Below, in pieces: positions 20,631-30,690 of a DNA stretch of 64,000 bases; position 1 is the first letter of the stretch; each line of letters opens with the position of its first letter. The stretch covers positions 124,001 to 188,000 of the IMG/VR virus record IMGVR_UViG_3300012931_000759. One strand, 5' to 3'. The translations under genes were made by a program, and so were the position numbers. The notes below the pieces were generated by a model that was not told the DNA's origin, made no database searches, and saw nothing but the letters and a program-made list of their open reading frames with translations.

Positions 20631-21224
20631 ATGCCGGAAATCATATCCGCACAGATTATCAGCATTGGCCGCTTTCGCGCTTTCTTTTTCGGGTCGGTGC
20701 CTCCTCGTCTTGAGGCGGCGGTGGTGTTCGACGGCCAAACCCTGAGCCAGAAGCTTGTGTTCCAGATGATGGACATCAGCTGGCGGCACGGTTTTGGATG
20801 CTCAGCTCCACAGTTCGAGGAGAAAGGCGATATGGTGTTCTCCATCGGGGCTAACCTGCCGTCGCGGCGCTCGTTGCGTCGGTATGCTTCCAGGCTCGGC
20901 GCCTGCCTGGAGGAGGTGTCCGACTTTTCGGCGGAGTTTGCGCGCCAACTAGATTTCAGTAAACTTGACGTTTCGATGTTCGGGGATCTCGACCCGGCTG
21001 CTTTGGATCTGTCGTTCATAGCGGCTGTCCGCGACCAGCAGTACAATGGCGACTGGGATCGGTTTCTGCGCGCGATGCGAGACACGGATCGGCAGGAGGA
21101 GGCACATGTGATAGAAAGGTGCCGGGTCTTCGAAAATACCAACGGCAAAGATATCGGCCTCGTTGGAGGTAAGCTTCTGGATTTACTAGCTATCCTGTCG
21201 GAAGCCCCCTCCGGTCAGAACTGA
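20631..21224 (+). CDS. Hypothetical protein
   Basis: First ATG after the hairpin; ORF fills the gap to RuvC. Confidence 0.65.
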   Translation: MPEIISAQIISIGRFRAFFFGSVPPRLEAAVVFDGQTLSQKLVFQMMDISWRHGFGCSAPQFEEKGDMVFSIGANLPSRRSLRRYASRLGACLEEVSDFSAEFARQLDFSKLDVSMFGDLDPAALDLSFIAAVRDQQYNGDWDRFLRAMRDTDRQEEAHVIERCRVFENTNGKDIGLVGGKLLDLLAILSEAPSGQN

Positions 21225-21229
21225 GGAAT

Positions 21230-21817
21230 ATGGGATCGCGCAGAATTGTTCTTGAACCAGGATTTGACAGGAGCGGGACCGTTCTTGGCCTCGACTGTAG
21301 CTCGAAAACCATCGGCTGGGGACTTCTTGGCACACATCCCCCGGTTCTGGTAGCGCATGGACATTTCAATCCGTTACCCTCTAAACACTCCCTGATGGCC
21401 CGTCTGTCCGACGTATTTGACAGAATCACCACCCTGTGTGTCGAGCTTCGGCCGGATTTGGTGGCTGTCGAAGACATCATCCAGCACATGAAACGCGGCG
21501 GCGGATCGAGCGCCCAGACCATTACTATCCTTGCGGCCTTTAACCGCGTGGCGTCCCTTGCGGCCTGGCGGCAGGTCTGTGGAGGTCTTTCGTTCTATCC
21601 GGTCGCTACCATACGTAAAACAATCCGCGAGGGTGTCGGGCGGCAGACCAAGATCGAGAAGGAAGACATGCCGGTCGTCGTTCGGGCGCATTTGTGCCCG
21701 AAATTCTCGGATGTCATCTCCAAGCGGGGAGCCGTATCCGATTTTACGATGGACGAGGCCGACGGGATTGCCGTCGCCTGGTGCCACGTCCTCACGCTCG
21801 AAAGGGAAAGCAGATGA
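21230..21817 (+). CDS. ruvC: RuvC-like Holliday junction resolvase
   Basis: VLGLDCS..TIGWG, VAVED, DEADGIAVA acidic motifs. Confidence 0.82.
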   Translation: MGSRRIVLEPGFDRSGTVLGLDCSSKTIGWGLLGTHPPVLVAHGHFNPLPSKHSLMARLSDVFDRITTLCVELRPDLVAVEDIIQHMKRGGGSSAQTITILAAFNRVASLAAWRQVCGGLSFYPVATIRKTIREGVGRQTKIEKEDMPVVVRAHLCPKFSDVISKRGAVSDFTMDEADGIAVAWCHVLTLERESR

Positions 21818-22800
21818 GGAATCCGCATGAGATTCTCGGTGTGGCACCAAACGCCTCCGACGGGGATATCAAGAAGGCCTATAAGAAGATGGCTATGGAG
21901 TGGCATCCTGACCACCATGGCGGCAGCAAGGAGGCCGAGGAGAAGTTTAAGGAAATCAACGCGGCATACCAGATCCTGACCGGCAAGGCCAAGAACCAGG
22001 AGTCGGTTTTCCGCCCTAGCGCGACCGACGAGGAGGTGTTTGAGTTCTTCAGGAACGGCGGAGGATTCCCCTTTGATGACGTGTTTGCGCCTTTCATGCA
22101 CCGCGCGCGCATGCGTGTAAGTCTGACCATCATGATTTCTTTGGAGGAGGCCTATGCGGGTGGTCGCAAGACGATCCAGTACACAAGGCAGGATCCGTGC
22201 CCCGGTTGCGGTGGACACGGCCGCGAGATTAACGAGGAGGCCTGTACGTCCTGCGGCGGTTCCGGCAGGACGGCCGCATCCACAAGTTCTACCGTGTTCA
22301 CTATCATGTTTACCTGTCAGGCATGCTCTGGCCTTGGCAAAAAGTTCGGTAACGTCTGCGCCAAGTGCCGAGGTGCGCGCAACGTTACAACCCAGCGCGA
22401 AACTGTAGTAGATCTGCCGAAAGGGATCTCAGACGGCCAGCGTCTGGATGCGGCGGACGGATCGCAGATCATAGTGCGTTATCTTCCCCATCCATCCCTA
22501 TCGATAGTACCTGGTACACTAAATACGCAGAGCGAAGCGGAGGTGGGAATTTTCGATCTGATACTTGGCGGCAGCGTTTCTGTAAAGACGCTTGCCGGGG
22601 AAATGAGCGTAAAGATCGAACCTGGATGGCGGCCTGGCAATTCGCTCCGCATGAGAGGTGCGGGAATGGCTGGCTGCCAGGGGGCCAAGGGAGACCACAT
22701 TCTCCGTATTTGGGCGAGGATGCCCGCGCTCACAGAGGAGCAAAGGAAGGCTCTTGAGGCAATGAGGGCCAAGATCGAAGGAGGGGCTTATGGCAAGTGA
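21814..22800 (+). CDS. dnaJ: DnaJ (Hsp40) chaperone
   Basis: J-domain with HPD; four CxxCxGxG-type repeats; C-terminal domain; ATG 21814 overlaps the ruvC stop. Confidence 0.9.
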   Translation: MRNPHEILGVAPNASDGDIKKAYKKMAMEWHPDHHGGSKEAEEKFKEINAAYQILTGKAKNQESVFRPSATDEEVFEFFRNGGGFPFDDVFAPFMHRARMRVSLTIMISLEEAYAGGRKTIQYTRQDPCPGCGGHGREINEEACTSCGGSGRTAASTSSTVFTIMFTCQACSGLGKKFGNVCAKCRGARNVTTQRETVVDLPKGISDGQRLDAADGSQIIVRYLPHPSLSIVPGTLNTQSEAEVGIFDLILGGSVSVKTLAGEMSVKIEPGWRPGNSLRMRGAGMAGCQGAKGDHILRIWARMPALTEEQRKALEAMRAKIEGGAYGK

Positions 22801-23905
22801 GAAGTGTGCTCCCAGCGCCATGGATAAGATATGGGATGAGGTCTACAAGACTTTCGGTTCGGACGGCATGTTCGAGGGTGATGGCGATTTCATCGAACCG
22901 GCATCCCCCGAGACGTCTGGCAGTCCATCGTTGGACGAGGCGATCGGCATCTGGGGCTATCCCAAGGGACGGCTGATCCAGGTGGCCGGCCACGAGAGTA
23001 GTGGCAAGACGCTGTTGTCCCTTATGGCCATCCGCGAGTGGCAACGCAAGGATCCGAAGAACTGGGCCCTGTTTATTGATGCCGAGTACACTTTCGACCC
23101 ATCGTGGGCCAAGCGCCTAGGTGTCGACCTGTCCAGGCTGCGCATCATGAAGACAAACTCGGGCATCGAAATCTTCGAGCGCTTGTGTGGCAAGCCGCAC
23201 AAGGAGCCGGGGAAGCCAAAGGTGAAAAAGGGTTTCCTGGACCTGGTGATCGAGCAGGGGGGCGCCGACAAGTCCGGCCTCGGCATTATCGTCCTGGACA
23301 GCGTGGCGGCCGTGGTGCCTCCGCAGGAGGAGGCTAGCGAGGTCGGGAAGCAGAACGTGGCCGCACTGGCCAGGTTCCTGACGCCAGAACTTCGCAGGAT
23401 ACTTCCAATTCTCGCGGAGAGCCAGGTAGTGTTCATTGGCATCAATCACCTGAAAGTCGCTATCGGCGTGTACGGCGATCCGGAAACGAGCCCCGGCGGC
23501 GCGGCTTGGAAGTTCCATTGCTCCCTCATGCTTAATGTAGCCAGGATCAAGAAGGAGGAATGTAAGATCTACGAGGGCAACGAGCAGGTCGGGCACCGCA
23601 TCAGAATGAAAATCGGCAAGAACAAGATGGCACCCCCGTTTCAGGAGGCCGAGGTGGACATCGCCTACCTGCGGGGTTTCGTCAATCGCCATGCGGAGAT
23701 CAAGGACCTGGCAGTGAAGTACGGCGTCGTCAAGAGGCCCAACAACCAGACATACGTATTTGGGGATCTCAACGTGCGCGGAAAAGACAACTTTCTAAAG
23801 TATCTGGAGCAGGATCCTGCGCTGTGTGACAAGTTGTTGGTGCTGGTTAAGGAGGCGAAGGCCTCCGGAACGAAGTTGACCGAAGCGACGGAAGAAGAGG
23901 AGTAA
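22790..23905 (+). CDS. recA: RecA recombinase
   Basis: GHESSGKT, FIDAE, IVLDSVAA, PETSPGG, KNKMAPPF. Confidence 0.95.
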   Translation: MASEKCAPSAMDKIWDEVYKTFGSDGMFEGDGDFIEPASPETSGSPSLDEAIGIWGYPKGRLIQVAGHESSGKTLLSLMAIREWQRKDPKNWALFIDAEYTFDPSWAKRLGVDLSRLRIMKTNSGIEIFERLCGKPHKEPGKPKVKKGFLDLVIEQGGADKSGLGIIVLDSVAAVVPPQEEASEVGKQNVAALARFLTPELRRILPILAESQVVFIGINHLKVAIGVYGDPETSPGGAAWKFHCSLMLNVARIKKEECKIYEGNEQVGHRIRMKIGKNKMAPPFQEAEVDIAYLRGFVNRHAEIKDLAVKYGVVKRPNNQTYVFGDLNVRGKDNFLKYLEQDPALCDKLLVLVKEAKASGTKLTEATEEEE

Positions 23906-23912
23906 TAACAAC

Positions 23913-24263
23913 ATGTTGATTACCTGTACAAACAAAGGCTGCCTACAGTCCACCGAGGCGAAGCTCGACAAGAAGACGAATGAAGTCGTCTGTATGGTCT
24001 GCGGAAAGCCGATCTCCAACCTGACTGAGCAGATGAAGCGGACGCTTGTGGCGTTCGGCCAGGTCACGCGGTCAGCAGAACGGAAGCCGTTCCAGATCCA
24101 TTGCTCGAAATGCGCGGCACAACGCGATATCTCTCTGTCAGGGGATGTAGCCCATTGCTCGACATGTGGTACAGAGCTGCGCATGTCGACGTCCTTCCTG
24201 AACGCCTTCAAGCAGCATATTATACAGGCCGACAAAGAAAAGAAAAGCGACGGGGACAAGTAG
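23913..24263 (+). CDS. Double zinc-ribbon protein
   Basis: CTNKGC, CMVC, CSKC, CSTC. Confidence 0.75.
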   Translation: MLITCTNKGCLQSTEAKLDKKTNEVVCMVCGKPISNLTEQMKRTLVAFGQVTRSAERKPFQIHCSKCAAQRDISLSGDVAHCSTCGTELRMSTSFLNAFKQHIIQADKEKKSDGDK

Positions 24264-24282
24264 GCGACCGCATAGGAGCGCG

Positions 24283-24840
24283 ATGGGGATGTCAACATAC
24301 GATCGTTTAGACGACGACATCGACGGTGATCTCGACGATACTGAGGGGGAGAAGGAGGGCGGCGAACCGGCTCAGCCGACTGTCGAGGTGTTTTCGTTGG
24401 CACGCCGCAATAAGTCCGATTCGTACCAGTATCGCATCATCGAAATCGCGATTGATCCCTTCCTCCTGTCAGATTTTCCGAACGAGGACGGGTTTGGGGC
24501 GCAAGTGAATACTTCTGGATACTCAGAGGAGCTCTCCGAGCTGCGTCATGAGTTGATCCACGAAGTGCGGCGTCTAATCAAGACCTCCCTGACCAAGCGA
24601 CAAGTACAGGTTATGTCCCTGCGGTTACAAGGGAAGACGCAGGTTGAAATCGGGCAGAAGCTTGGGATTAAGCAGCCTACCGTACACAATGCGATCAATG
24701 GCGTCATAGATTACAAGAACGGAGGAGCCAAGTACGGCGGGGCTATAAAGAAGTTGCGCAAGATGTGTCTTAAGGATGAACGCGTGCTTAGCATCCTAAA
24801 AAGGATAGAGGAGATCCGTTCGGAGGAGGGCGATGCCTGA
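24283..24840 (+). CDS. Sigma-70 region 4 / LuxR-type HTH protein
   Basis: LTKRQVQVMSLRLQGKTQVEIGQKLGIKQPTV. Confidence 0.75.
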   Translation: MGMSTYDRLDDDIDGDLDDTEGEKEGGEPAQPTVEVFSLARRNKSDSYQYRIIEIAIDPFLLSDFPNEDGFGAQVNTSGYSEELSELRHELIHEVRRLIKTSLTKRQVQVMSLRLQGKTQVEIGQKLGIKQPTVHNAINGVIDYKNGGAKYGGAIKKLRKMCLKDERVLSILKRIEEIRSEEGDA

Positions 24841-25030
24841 TGGCTTTGCTCCTGTGCTGTAACTGTATGGTTCTGCTGCGTGCGAAACGCGGTCACAGGT
24901 GCCGGACGAGCTATCCTAAGTCGACCTCTGACAGCCTCGGTGTGGCCAGGATAGGGGTGCTGAACATGCTGTGTATCGACAAACTGTGGCCACGGGAATG
25001 CCCGTGGACCTTGCGAAGGGAAACCATCAT

Positions 25031-27799
25031 ATGAACGGCGACGATATCCTTAGCCGCATTCTGGAGAGGTGTGCCAAGATCACTATCGTGGGTGGCGGCT
25101 ATGTGGGGCTTCCGCTCGCCATTCGATGCGCTAATGTAGGACATGTTGTGACAGTGTACGACATAGACCAGCGTAAGATTGATAGTTTGGCCGCTGGCAA
25201 ATCTTACATTGACGACGTAAAAGATGAGCAGCTCCAGCTTAACGGTTATCCGCTCCTGTGTGCGACATCTGATCCAGTCATCGCAATGCGTGATCCGGAC
25301 ATTGTGATCATCTGCGTTCCCACGCCGCTCAACAAAACAAAGGACCCCGATGTCTCCATGGTGGTCAGCGCGGCGAGGATGGTGCGCGACCACACGCCGT
25401 TCCCTCCTCCCGAGCGCCTTGTTGTCCTGGAGTCGACCGTCTATCCAGGCTTCACCCGTGAGGTTATGCTGCCAGAGCTGCTTGTCGGCGGAACGCATGA
25501 TGAAAAAACGCTGGCCATGGAGAGCCTTTTCGTGGCATTCTCCCCTGAGAGGGTGGACCCCAGCAATCCCGTATTTGGCGTCCAGAACACGCCCAAGGTC
25601 GTGGGCGGCCTGACCCCAAGGAGTGCCGAACTCGCGGTCGCCTTCTACACCGACCTCGTGCCCAAGGTGGTGCCCGTCAGTTCCTGCGACGCAGCCGAAA
25701 TGGCCAAAGTTGTTGAGAATACCTTCAGAATGGTGAATATTGCCTTGGCCAACGAGACCGCACTCGAGTGTGGCAAGCTTGACCTGGACGTCTGGGAAGT
25801 GATAGGTGCCGCAGCAACCAAGCCTTTCGGCTTTATGCCCTTTTGGCCAGGTCCCGGCGTGGGCGGTCATTGTCTGTCAGCCAATGAATGGGTGTATTTT
25901 CGGCGCAATAGTCACATTGGCATAGACACAACGGCCAGCTTGTGGAAAATATTGGCAAATCCAGATCAGAATCTTGTTTTTCCCGAAAATCTACAAGTGC
26001 TTGCTTTGGATGAATCAGGACAGGTGCGATGGTCTGCTGTCAAGGCCTTCTCAAAACGCAGCTTTTCTGGCGACATGGTGCGCATAAAAACAGGATATGG
26101 ATATGTTTTGGATGTTACCGCCGATCATCCCATGCTGACTGCGGTATGCGGTGCTATACAGACAAAAACAGCCGACAAGGTAGAACCAAAGGATATAATT
26201 CCTGTTTTTGTAGGCGGAGCCCCAGAGAATAGTGCTGTTCCCACCATAGATATCATAGAATATTTGTTGCCACAACAAATGGACAATATACGCGTGCGTC
26301 TGCGTAACAGGGACTGGAAATCCTACAAGGATATTATATATAGACTAGTTGACAATCAGAATAAATATGATTTCATCAAAAACAACTGTATACCTCTTCA
26401 TATTTTCTTGGAATTCGAGAAAGTTTGCGGTAGCAATTTCAGGGAAGACGCCTTTCTGCTAACGGGTCGCGGACCATCTTTTTCCATGACACCGGCAATA
26501 CTCACCATCGATTGTGATTTCGCACGCCTGGTTGGTTATTATCTCAGCGAAGGGTGTTTGACCGAGGAAAAGTTGCTGCCGCGCGTGCGTCTTACTTTTG
26601 GGGCGCATGAGAGAGAGTACATAAGCGATGCGCATGCCATATTGTCGAAACTCGGAATGCGATGGTCTGACCATGTGTGTAACAATGCGCATCATATACG
26701 AATCGCATCCGCTGTTTTTGGATTTGTCCTGCGGGATATCCTGAAGTGCGGGTGTAACAGTCTTGGAAAAAGAATTCCCGCCTCACTGCTTGATTTGCCG
26801 ACATTACAACGAAGACATTTGCTAGGAGCTTTGATAAAAGGCGACGGATCATGTGGGGGATCACACGGCAAAAAGCAATATGTTAAGAATGGTCGGAAAT
26901 ACAGCCATCAGAACAACAGTGTACGAGTGTCCTTCTTCTCGGCAAGTGAAAATCTGTCCAGGGGCGTGGCATACTTGATGCAGTCTCTGGGAATCATTCC
27001 ACGAATTGGACAAAAGAAAAACCAGAATGGGATGGAAGTGACCATCGGCGGCGGATCCGCCGCCATACACAGTTGTCTAGATTTCTTGGGTTCAGAGAAA
27101 GGTGATCGCATAAGGAAAATCCTTGCTTGTACAAGACACGAATCAGGTGCTCATTTAATGCGGCGCGAAGGTCCATTTATTGGCGTTCCCGTCATTGGTG
27201 TTGGCAAATATCGTGTTTTTGACAACGATGTGTTTTCGTTCGAGGTGGAGGGCCCACATACTTTTGCCGCTGGTTTTGGATGTTTTGTCCACAATTGTAT
27301 CGGCCTGGATCCTCACTATTTAGCATGGAAGTTGCGAAGCCTCAACTACAGATCGCGGTTTATAGAGTTGGCTGAACAGATCAACTCGGCCATGCCGGAG
27401 CATGTTGTGCGCCTGGTTGTCGATACCCTGTCGCAGCGGTGCGGGAAGGCGATCTCCGGCGCCAAGGTGCTGGTGCTCGGCATGGCGTATAAGCCGAACG
27501 TCTCCGATGTACGCGAATCCCCGGCTTTCGACATTGTCCGCCTGCTGGATCAGCACGGTGCCAAGGTCAGGTTTTTCGATCCGCACGCTCCGACCGTGCG
27601 GTTGGAGAACGGGGATAGGTGGCACGCCGTATCAGATCCCGTGGAGGAGGCCAAGACCTCGGATTGTGTCCTGATAGTGACCGACCACCGTGCGGTCGAC
27701 TATCGCGCCGTGTGCGAGGCGGCTCAGCTCGTGGTCGATTCGCGCAACGCCACCAAGGAGCTCCGCAAGGAATTCCCAAACAAAATCGTGGTTCTATAG
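25031..27799 (+). CDS. UDP-N-acetylhexosamine/UDP-glucose 6-dehydrogenase (WecC/TviB family) containing an intein
   Basis: GGGYVG Rossmann motif, ICVPTP, LESTVYPG, SPER, GPGVGGH/CI, LGMAYK..SDVRESP; start placed at ATG 25031. Confidence 0.92.
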   Translation: MNGDDILSRILERCAKITIVGGGYVGLPLAIRCANVGHVVTVYDIDQRKIDSLAAGKSYIDDVKDEQLQLNGYPLLCATSDPVIAMRDPDIVIICVPTPLNKTKDPDVSMVVSAARMVRDHTPFPPPERLVVLESTVYPGFTREVMLPELLVGGTHDEKTLAMESLFVAFSPERVDPSNPVFGVQNTPKVVGGLTPRSAELAVAFYTDLVPKVVPVSSCDAAEMAKVVENTFRMVNIALANETALECGKLDLDVWEVIGAAATKPFGFMPFWPGPGVGGHCLSANEWVYFRRNSHIGIDTTASLWKILANPDQNLVFPENLQVLALDESGQVRWSAVKAFSKRSFSGDMVRIKTGYGYVLDVTADHPMLTAVCGAIQTKTADKVEPKDIIPVFVGGAPENSAVPTIDIIEYLLPQQMDNIRVRLRNRDWKSYKDIIYRLVDNQNKYDFIKNNCIPLHIFLEFEKVCGSNFREDAFLLTGRGPSFSMTPAILTIDCDFARLVGYYLSEGCLTEEKLLPRVRLTFGAHEREYISDAHAILSKLGMRWSDHVCNNAHHIRIASAVFGFVLRDILKCGCNSLGKRIPASLLDLPTLQRRHLLGALIKGDGSCGGSHGKKQYVKNGRKYSHQNNSVRVSFFSASENLSRGVAYLMQSLGIIPRIGQKKNQNGMEVTIGGGSAAIHSCLDFLGSEKGDRIRKILACTRHESGAHLMRREGPFIGVPVIGVGKYRVFDNDVFSFEVEGPHTFAAGFGCFVHNCIGLDPHYLAWKLRSLNYRSRFIELAEQINSAMPEHVVRLVVDTLSQRCGKAISGAKVLVLGMAYKPNVSDVRESPAFDIVRLLDQHGAKVRFFDPHAPTVRLENGDRWHAVSDPVEEAKTSDCVLIVTDHRAVDYRAVCEAAQLVVDSRNATKELRKEFPNKIVVL
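25871..27295 (+). mobile_element. Intein (475 aa) with LAGLIDADG endonuclease in the sugar dehydrogenase
   Basis: CLSANE N-terminus, VTADHP block B, LVGYYLSEG and LIKGDGS, ends FVHN before +1 Cys; AT-richer DNA. Confidence 0.93.
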
Positions 27800-27890
27800 C
27801 CACGTACGCCAAATTCCCACCATCAGGGCCTCCGGCCCTCCCTCCCCGGTTTCCCCTTCCTTTCTGTACAAACCGCATGTGCGCATTTTT

Positions 27891-27910
27891 TCTATCAATA
27901 TCTGGGTATT
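27891..27910 (+). promoter_or_regulatory. Candidate phage (late?) promoter motif TCTATCAAT-N7-TATT
   Basis: Matches 7202-7221; sits at the boundary between the replication block and the head block. Confidence 0.5.
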
Positions 27911-27969
27911 AACTTGAACCCGCGTCCAGCGCGCGTTGCACGCCTATTCCTGGCGTCCTAGGAGACCCG

Positions 27970-28836
27970 ATGGGAGCATTCGATCTGGACTATTCGCACC
28001 TTCGCGCGGTCGTCGCGCCCGACAGGATTCCCCTGCGCGGGAACGAGCACCGTCTCGCGAGGGTCGCGTTCGACTTGTTCAAGCTCGACGAGGACAAGGA
28101 GCACCTGTGGCAGGTCCAGGCGGACGACGACGGCAACGAGTTCCTCGTCCGCACGTACGAACTGCCGAAGGAGGAACTCCAAGCCAAGTCCGATTGGAGT
28201 GTGGTCGAGGATGGCAAGAAGGCAAGCCTGACCGTGGCGTACCGCGGCATGCCCGTTCACCGCGTTGTAGCCGCCAAGTACGGCGCGCACACGCCCGAGG
28301 ACGTGGGGCTTCTGCGTGATCTGCTCCAGGCCAAACTTACGGACGACGAGTTCGCGGCCCGTTTCCTGATGTCCATGCCCCAGTCGAAGCGCGCCGCCCT
28401 CGCGGCGCTTTTCCCCAAGTTCGCAGCCATGGTTCCCAAGGCTCCGCCAGCCGACGAGCTGCCGGAGGAGACTGAAAGCGAGCCCTCCGAGGAGCAGGAT
28501 CCGGACGTATGGCGTGCCATGGCCTTTGAGGCCGACATGGGACGTCCGGCGCTCAGGCAGGAAGCCAAGGAGATCGTTCCGAAAGTCATGGCCTATTTGA
28601 GGTCTCGCCCAGGCAAGAAGGTCTCTCTCCAGAACATCTATATGGACCTGGAGGTCAACGACATCCCCCTCTACATGGCGCTACACGCGCTTGTGAAGGG
28701 CGGGGCGATCCAAGGCGTGTCCCCGTACGACACACAGTCGGCCGAGATGGCCGCACTGACCGGCCAGCCGGAGACGACGCACAGGGACCTGTTCTATAGT
28801 GTGGGCGGTTCGAAACTTCAGAACGCGGATCGATGA
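27970..28836 (+). CDS. Hypothetical protein (first gene of the putative late/head block)
   Basis: AGGAG upstream; coding-like composition. Confidence 0.75.
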   Translation: MGAFDLDYSHLRAVVAPDRIPLRGNEHRLARVAFDLFKLDEDKEHLWQVQADDDGNEFLVRTYELPKEELQAKSDWSVVEDGKKASLTVAYRGMPVHRVVAAKYGAHTPEDVGLLRDLLQAKLTDDEFAARFLMSMPQSKRAALAALFPKFAAMVPKAPPADELPEETESEPSEEQDPDVWRAMAFEADMGRPALRQEAKEIVPKVMAYLRSRPGKKVSLQNIYMDLEVNDIPLYMALHALVKGGAIQGVSPYDTQSAEMAALTGQPETTHRDLFYSVGGSKLQNADR

Positions 28837-28892
28837 CGCGCCAGCCGGAAATGCCGGATGGAGGAAGACACCTTTACGGAGGAGAGGATTCC

Positions 28893-30560
28893 ATGAGCCA
28901 CTTCAACGAGCTCAAGCGCCGTGCGGAGGCCCTGCTGTCGCAGATGGAGCGCGGCAAGGAGTACACCGTCGGGCATGTGAGCCAGCGCCTCGAGAGGGCG
29001 GCGGCGGACCATCCGCAGGACACGGTCATACGCGCCGTGGCGGGAGTCCTCGACAAAATGAGCCGCCAGAATCCGGGCACCCTGATCAGCCAGGCCGACA
29101 TGGACAAGATCTACAACCAGCTTGTCGGACTGGACGCCAGCGGCACCCGATTCCGGGAGGTGCTGGGCGACCTGCTGCTGTCGGAGAAGCCGGCCTCGGC
29201 CGCGCCTGATCCGAAATATGCGGAGGCTCGCCGAGATCCTCTACAGGAGGCGTTGTCCGAAACCGAGCCCGCCTTGACCCAAGAGCTGGGCGCGATGTTC
29301 GATTTCGCGGACAGCCACTATGATCCGAGGCACGCCCTGCTGGCACGCGAGAAGATCGGCATGGAGCTACACTCCATGGGGCTGCGTAACGCGCGGGTAC
29401 GGATCGCGGGGGGCAACCCGCGCCATCTGGTGTTCGCGACCGACATCGACACCAATCGCGGGGCGGTCAGAGTCTACATCCCAGTCGAGGCCTCCGGCGG
29501 CAAGCTCCCGAGCGTTTTCGTCGCAGGCGACCGTTTCGCCGAACTTACACCCTCCAATTTAAAAACCCATCTCGACCAGGCGTCCATCCGTAGCGACAAA
29601 CTGCCTGACGTCTCGGCCATCCTGAAATCCCTCGACGTCCTGACCATGCAATCGAAACGACAGGTTCCGGCCGACAAGGTGGCGAAGATCGCTGCCATGC
29701 TCCCGGACAACAATGGCAGCGTCGGCCTGTCCGCACCAGGGCTTTTCGCATCCCTGCCTGAGGGCAAGGGTATCGGCGAGGTCAAGATCCCCAGAATTGA
29801 ACCGCCCGAGCCATTGAAGTCGTTGGCTGCCGAAATCGAGGAAAGTGTCCTCGAGGCTGCCGTCGGCTATCCCCAGGTTGCCGTCAGGCTCGCGAAACGC
29901 ATGCTGCTGGCTGAGCTGGCCGCGATGGGGTTTAAGGGCACGCAGGTTCGCGTGGCCGCCCCGACAAGCGACGGCTTCATTTGCGAGGCGGTGCTCAACA
30001 CGCCGCGCGGCAAGATCTCCGTAGATGTGCCGATCGAGATGCGCGACAACCAGCCGCTTATGCCGGCCGTGTTCGCACAGGGCGACAAGGTGGAAGATTT
30101 CACCGAGACCAATTTGAAGGTAATGCTCGCCCGTGAACCTGAGACGGTCAACATCGCCGTACGCCGCGACAGCCAGTTGCTCGGCATGGAGTACCACGAC
30201 TTGAAGGACGCGCTCATCAGGAATGCTGCCCAGGGTAATCTGACGGCGTGCGACGAGGTGATGGAGGCGATCGCCGAGAAGTTTGGGTCGGAGATCTACC
30301 GGAACGCGTTGTTCGACTATCAGAAGCTCCTCATTGACCTCGGCAGCGCCAGGCAGCAGACCGAGTCTCGTTGCGGGCGCGTGCTAAGGAGCTCCACTTC
30401 CATTTTCCCGCTGTGCGGGCACTTCATGGTTCCCCTACACAAGGTAGTCCAGGACGAGGATGGCGCGTGCCACCTTGCCTCGACTTACTACTCCCGCAAG
30501 AACCAGATGGAGGAGGGCGCATTCTTCAGCAACGCCAAGGTGCTACTCGGCGACAAGTAA
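28893..30560 (+). CDS. Hypothetical putative structural protein with an internal ~70-aa duplicated domain
   Basis: GGAGAGG before ATG 28893; repeats ELHSMGL..T.RG.V.V.IPVE and ELAAMGF..T.RG.I.V.VPIE. Confidence 0.8.
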   Translation: MSHFNELKRRAEALLSQMERGKEYTVGHVSQRLERAAADHPQDTVIRAVAGVLDKMSRQNPGTLISQADMDKIYNQLVGLDASGTRFREVLGDLLLSEKPASAAPDPKYAEARRDPLQEALSETEPALTQELGAMFDFADSHYDPRHALLAREKIGMELHSMGLRNARVRIAGGNPRHLVFATDIDTNRGAVRVYIPVEASGGKLPSVFVAGDRFAELTPSNLKTHLDQASIRSDKLPDVSAILKSLDVLTMQSKRQVPADKVAKIAAMLPDNNGSVGLSAPGLFASLPEGKGIGEVKIPRIEPPEPLKSLAAEIEESVLEAAVGYPQVAVRLAKRMLLAELAAMGFKGTQVRVAAPTSDGFICEAVLNTPRGKISVDVPIEMRDNQPLMPAVFAQGDKVEDFTETNLKVMLAREPETVNIAVRRDSQLLGMEYHDLKDALIRNAAQGNLTACDEVMEAIAEKFGSEIYRNALFDYQKLLIDLGSARQQTESRCGRVLRSSTSIFPLCGHFMVPLHKVVQDEDGACHLASTYYSRKNQMEEGAFFSNAKVLLGDK

Positions 30561-30690
30561 GGGAAGCGGAATGGGCAGAATGGCGAAAGATAAGATGACC
30601 GGCGGCGCCCCGGTTCCGGCAGTTGCCCAGCGCCGGAAATGGCTACAGTAGCGGAGCCGGTCATTTCCATGGGAGGACGATGTTCGAGCC

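Noticed and set aside
24840-25034. 64-aa Cys-containing ORF, and the upstream in-frame start at 24971
   Set aside because: No motif support; it may be real but cannot be supported. ATG 25031 fits the dehydrogenase N-terminus better.
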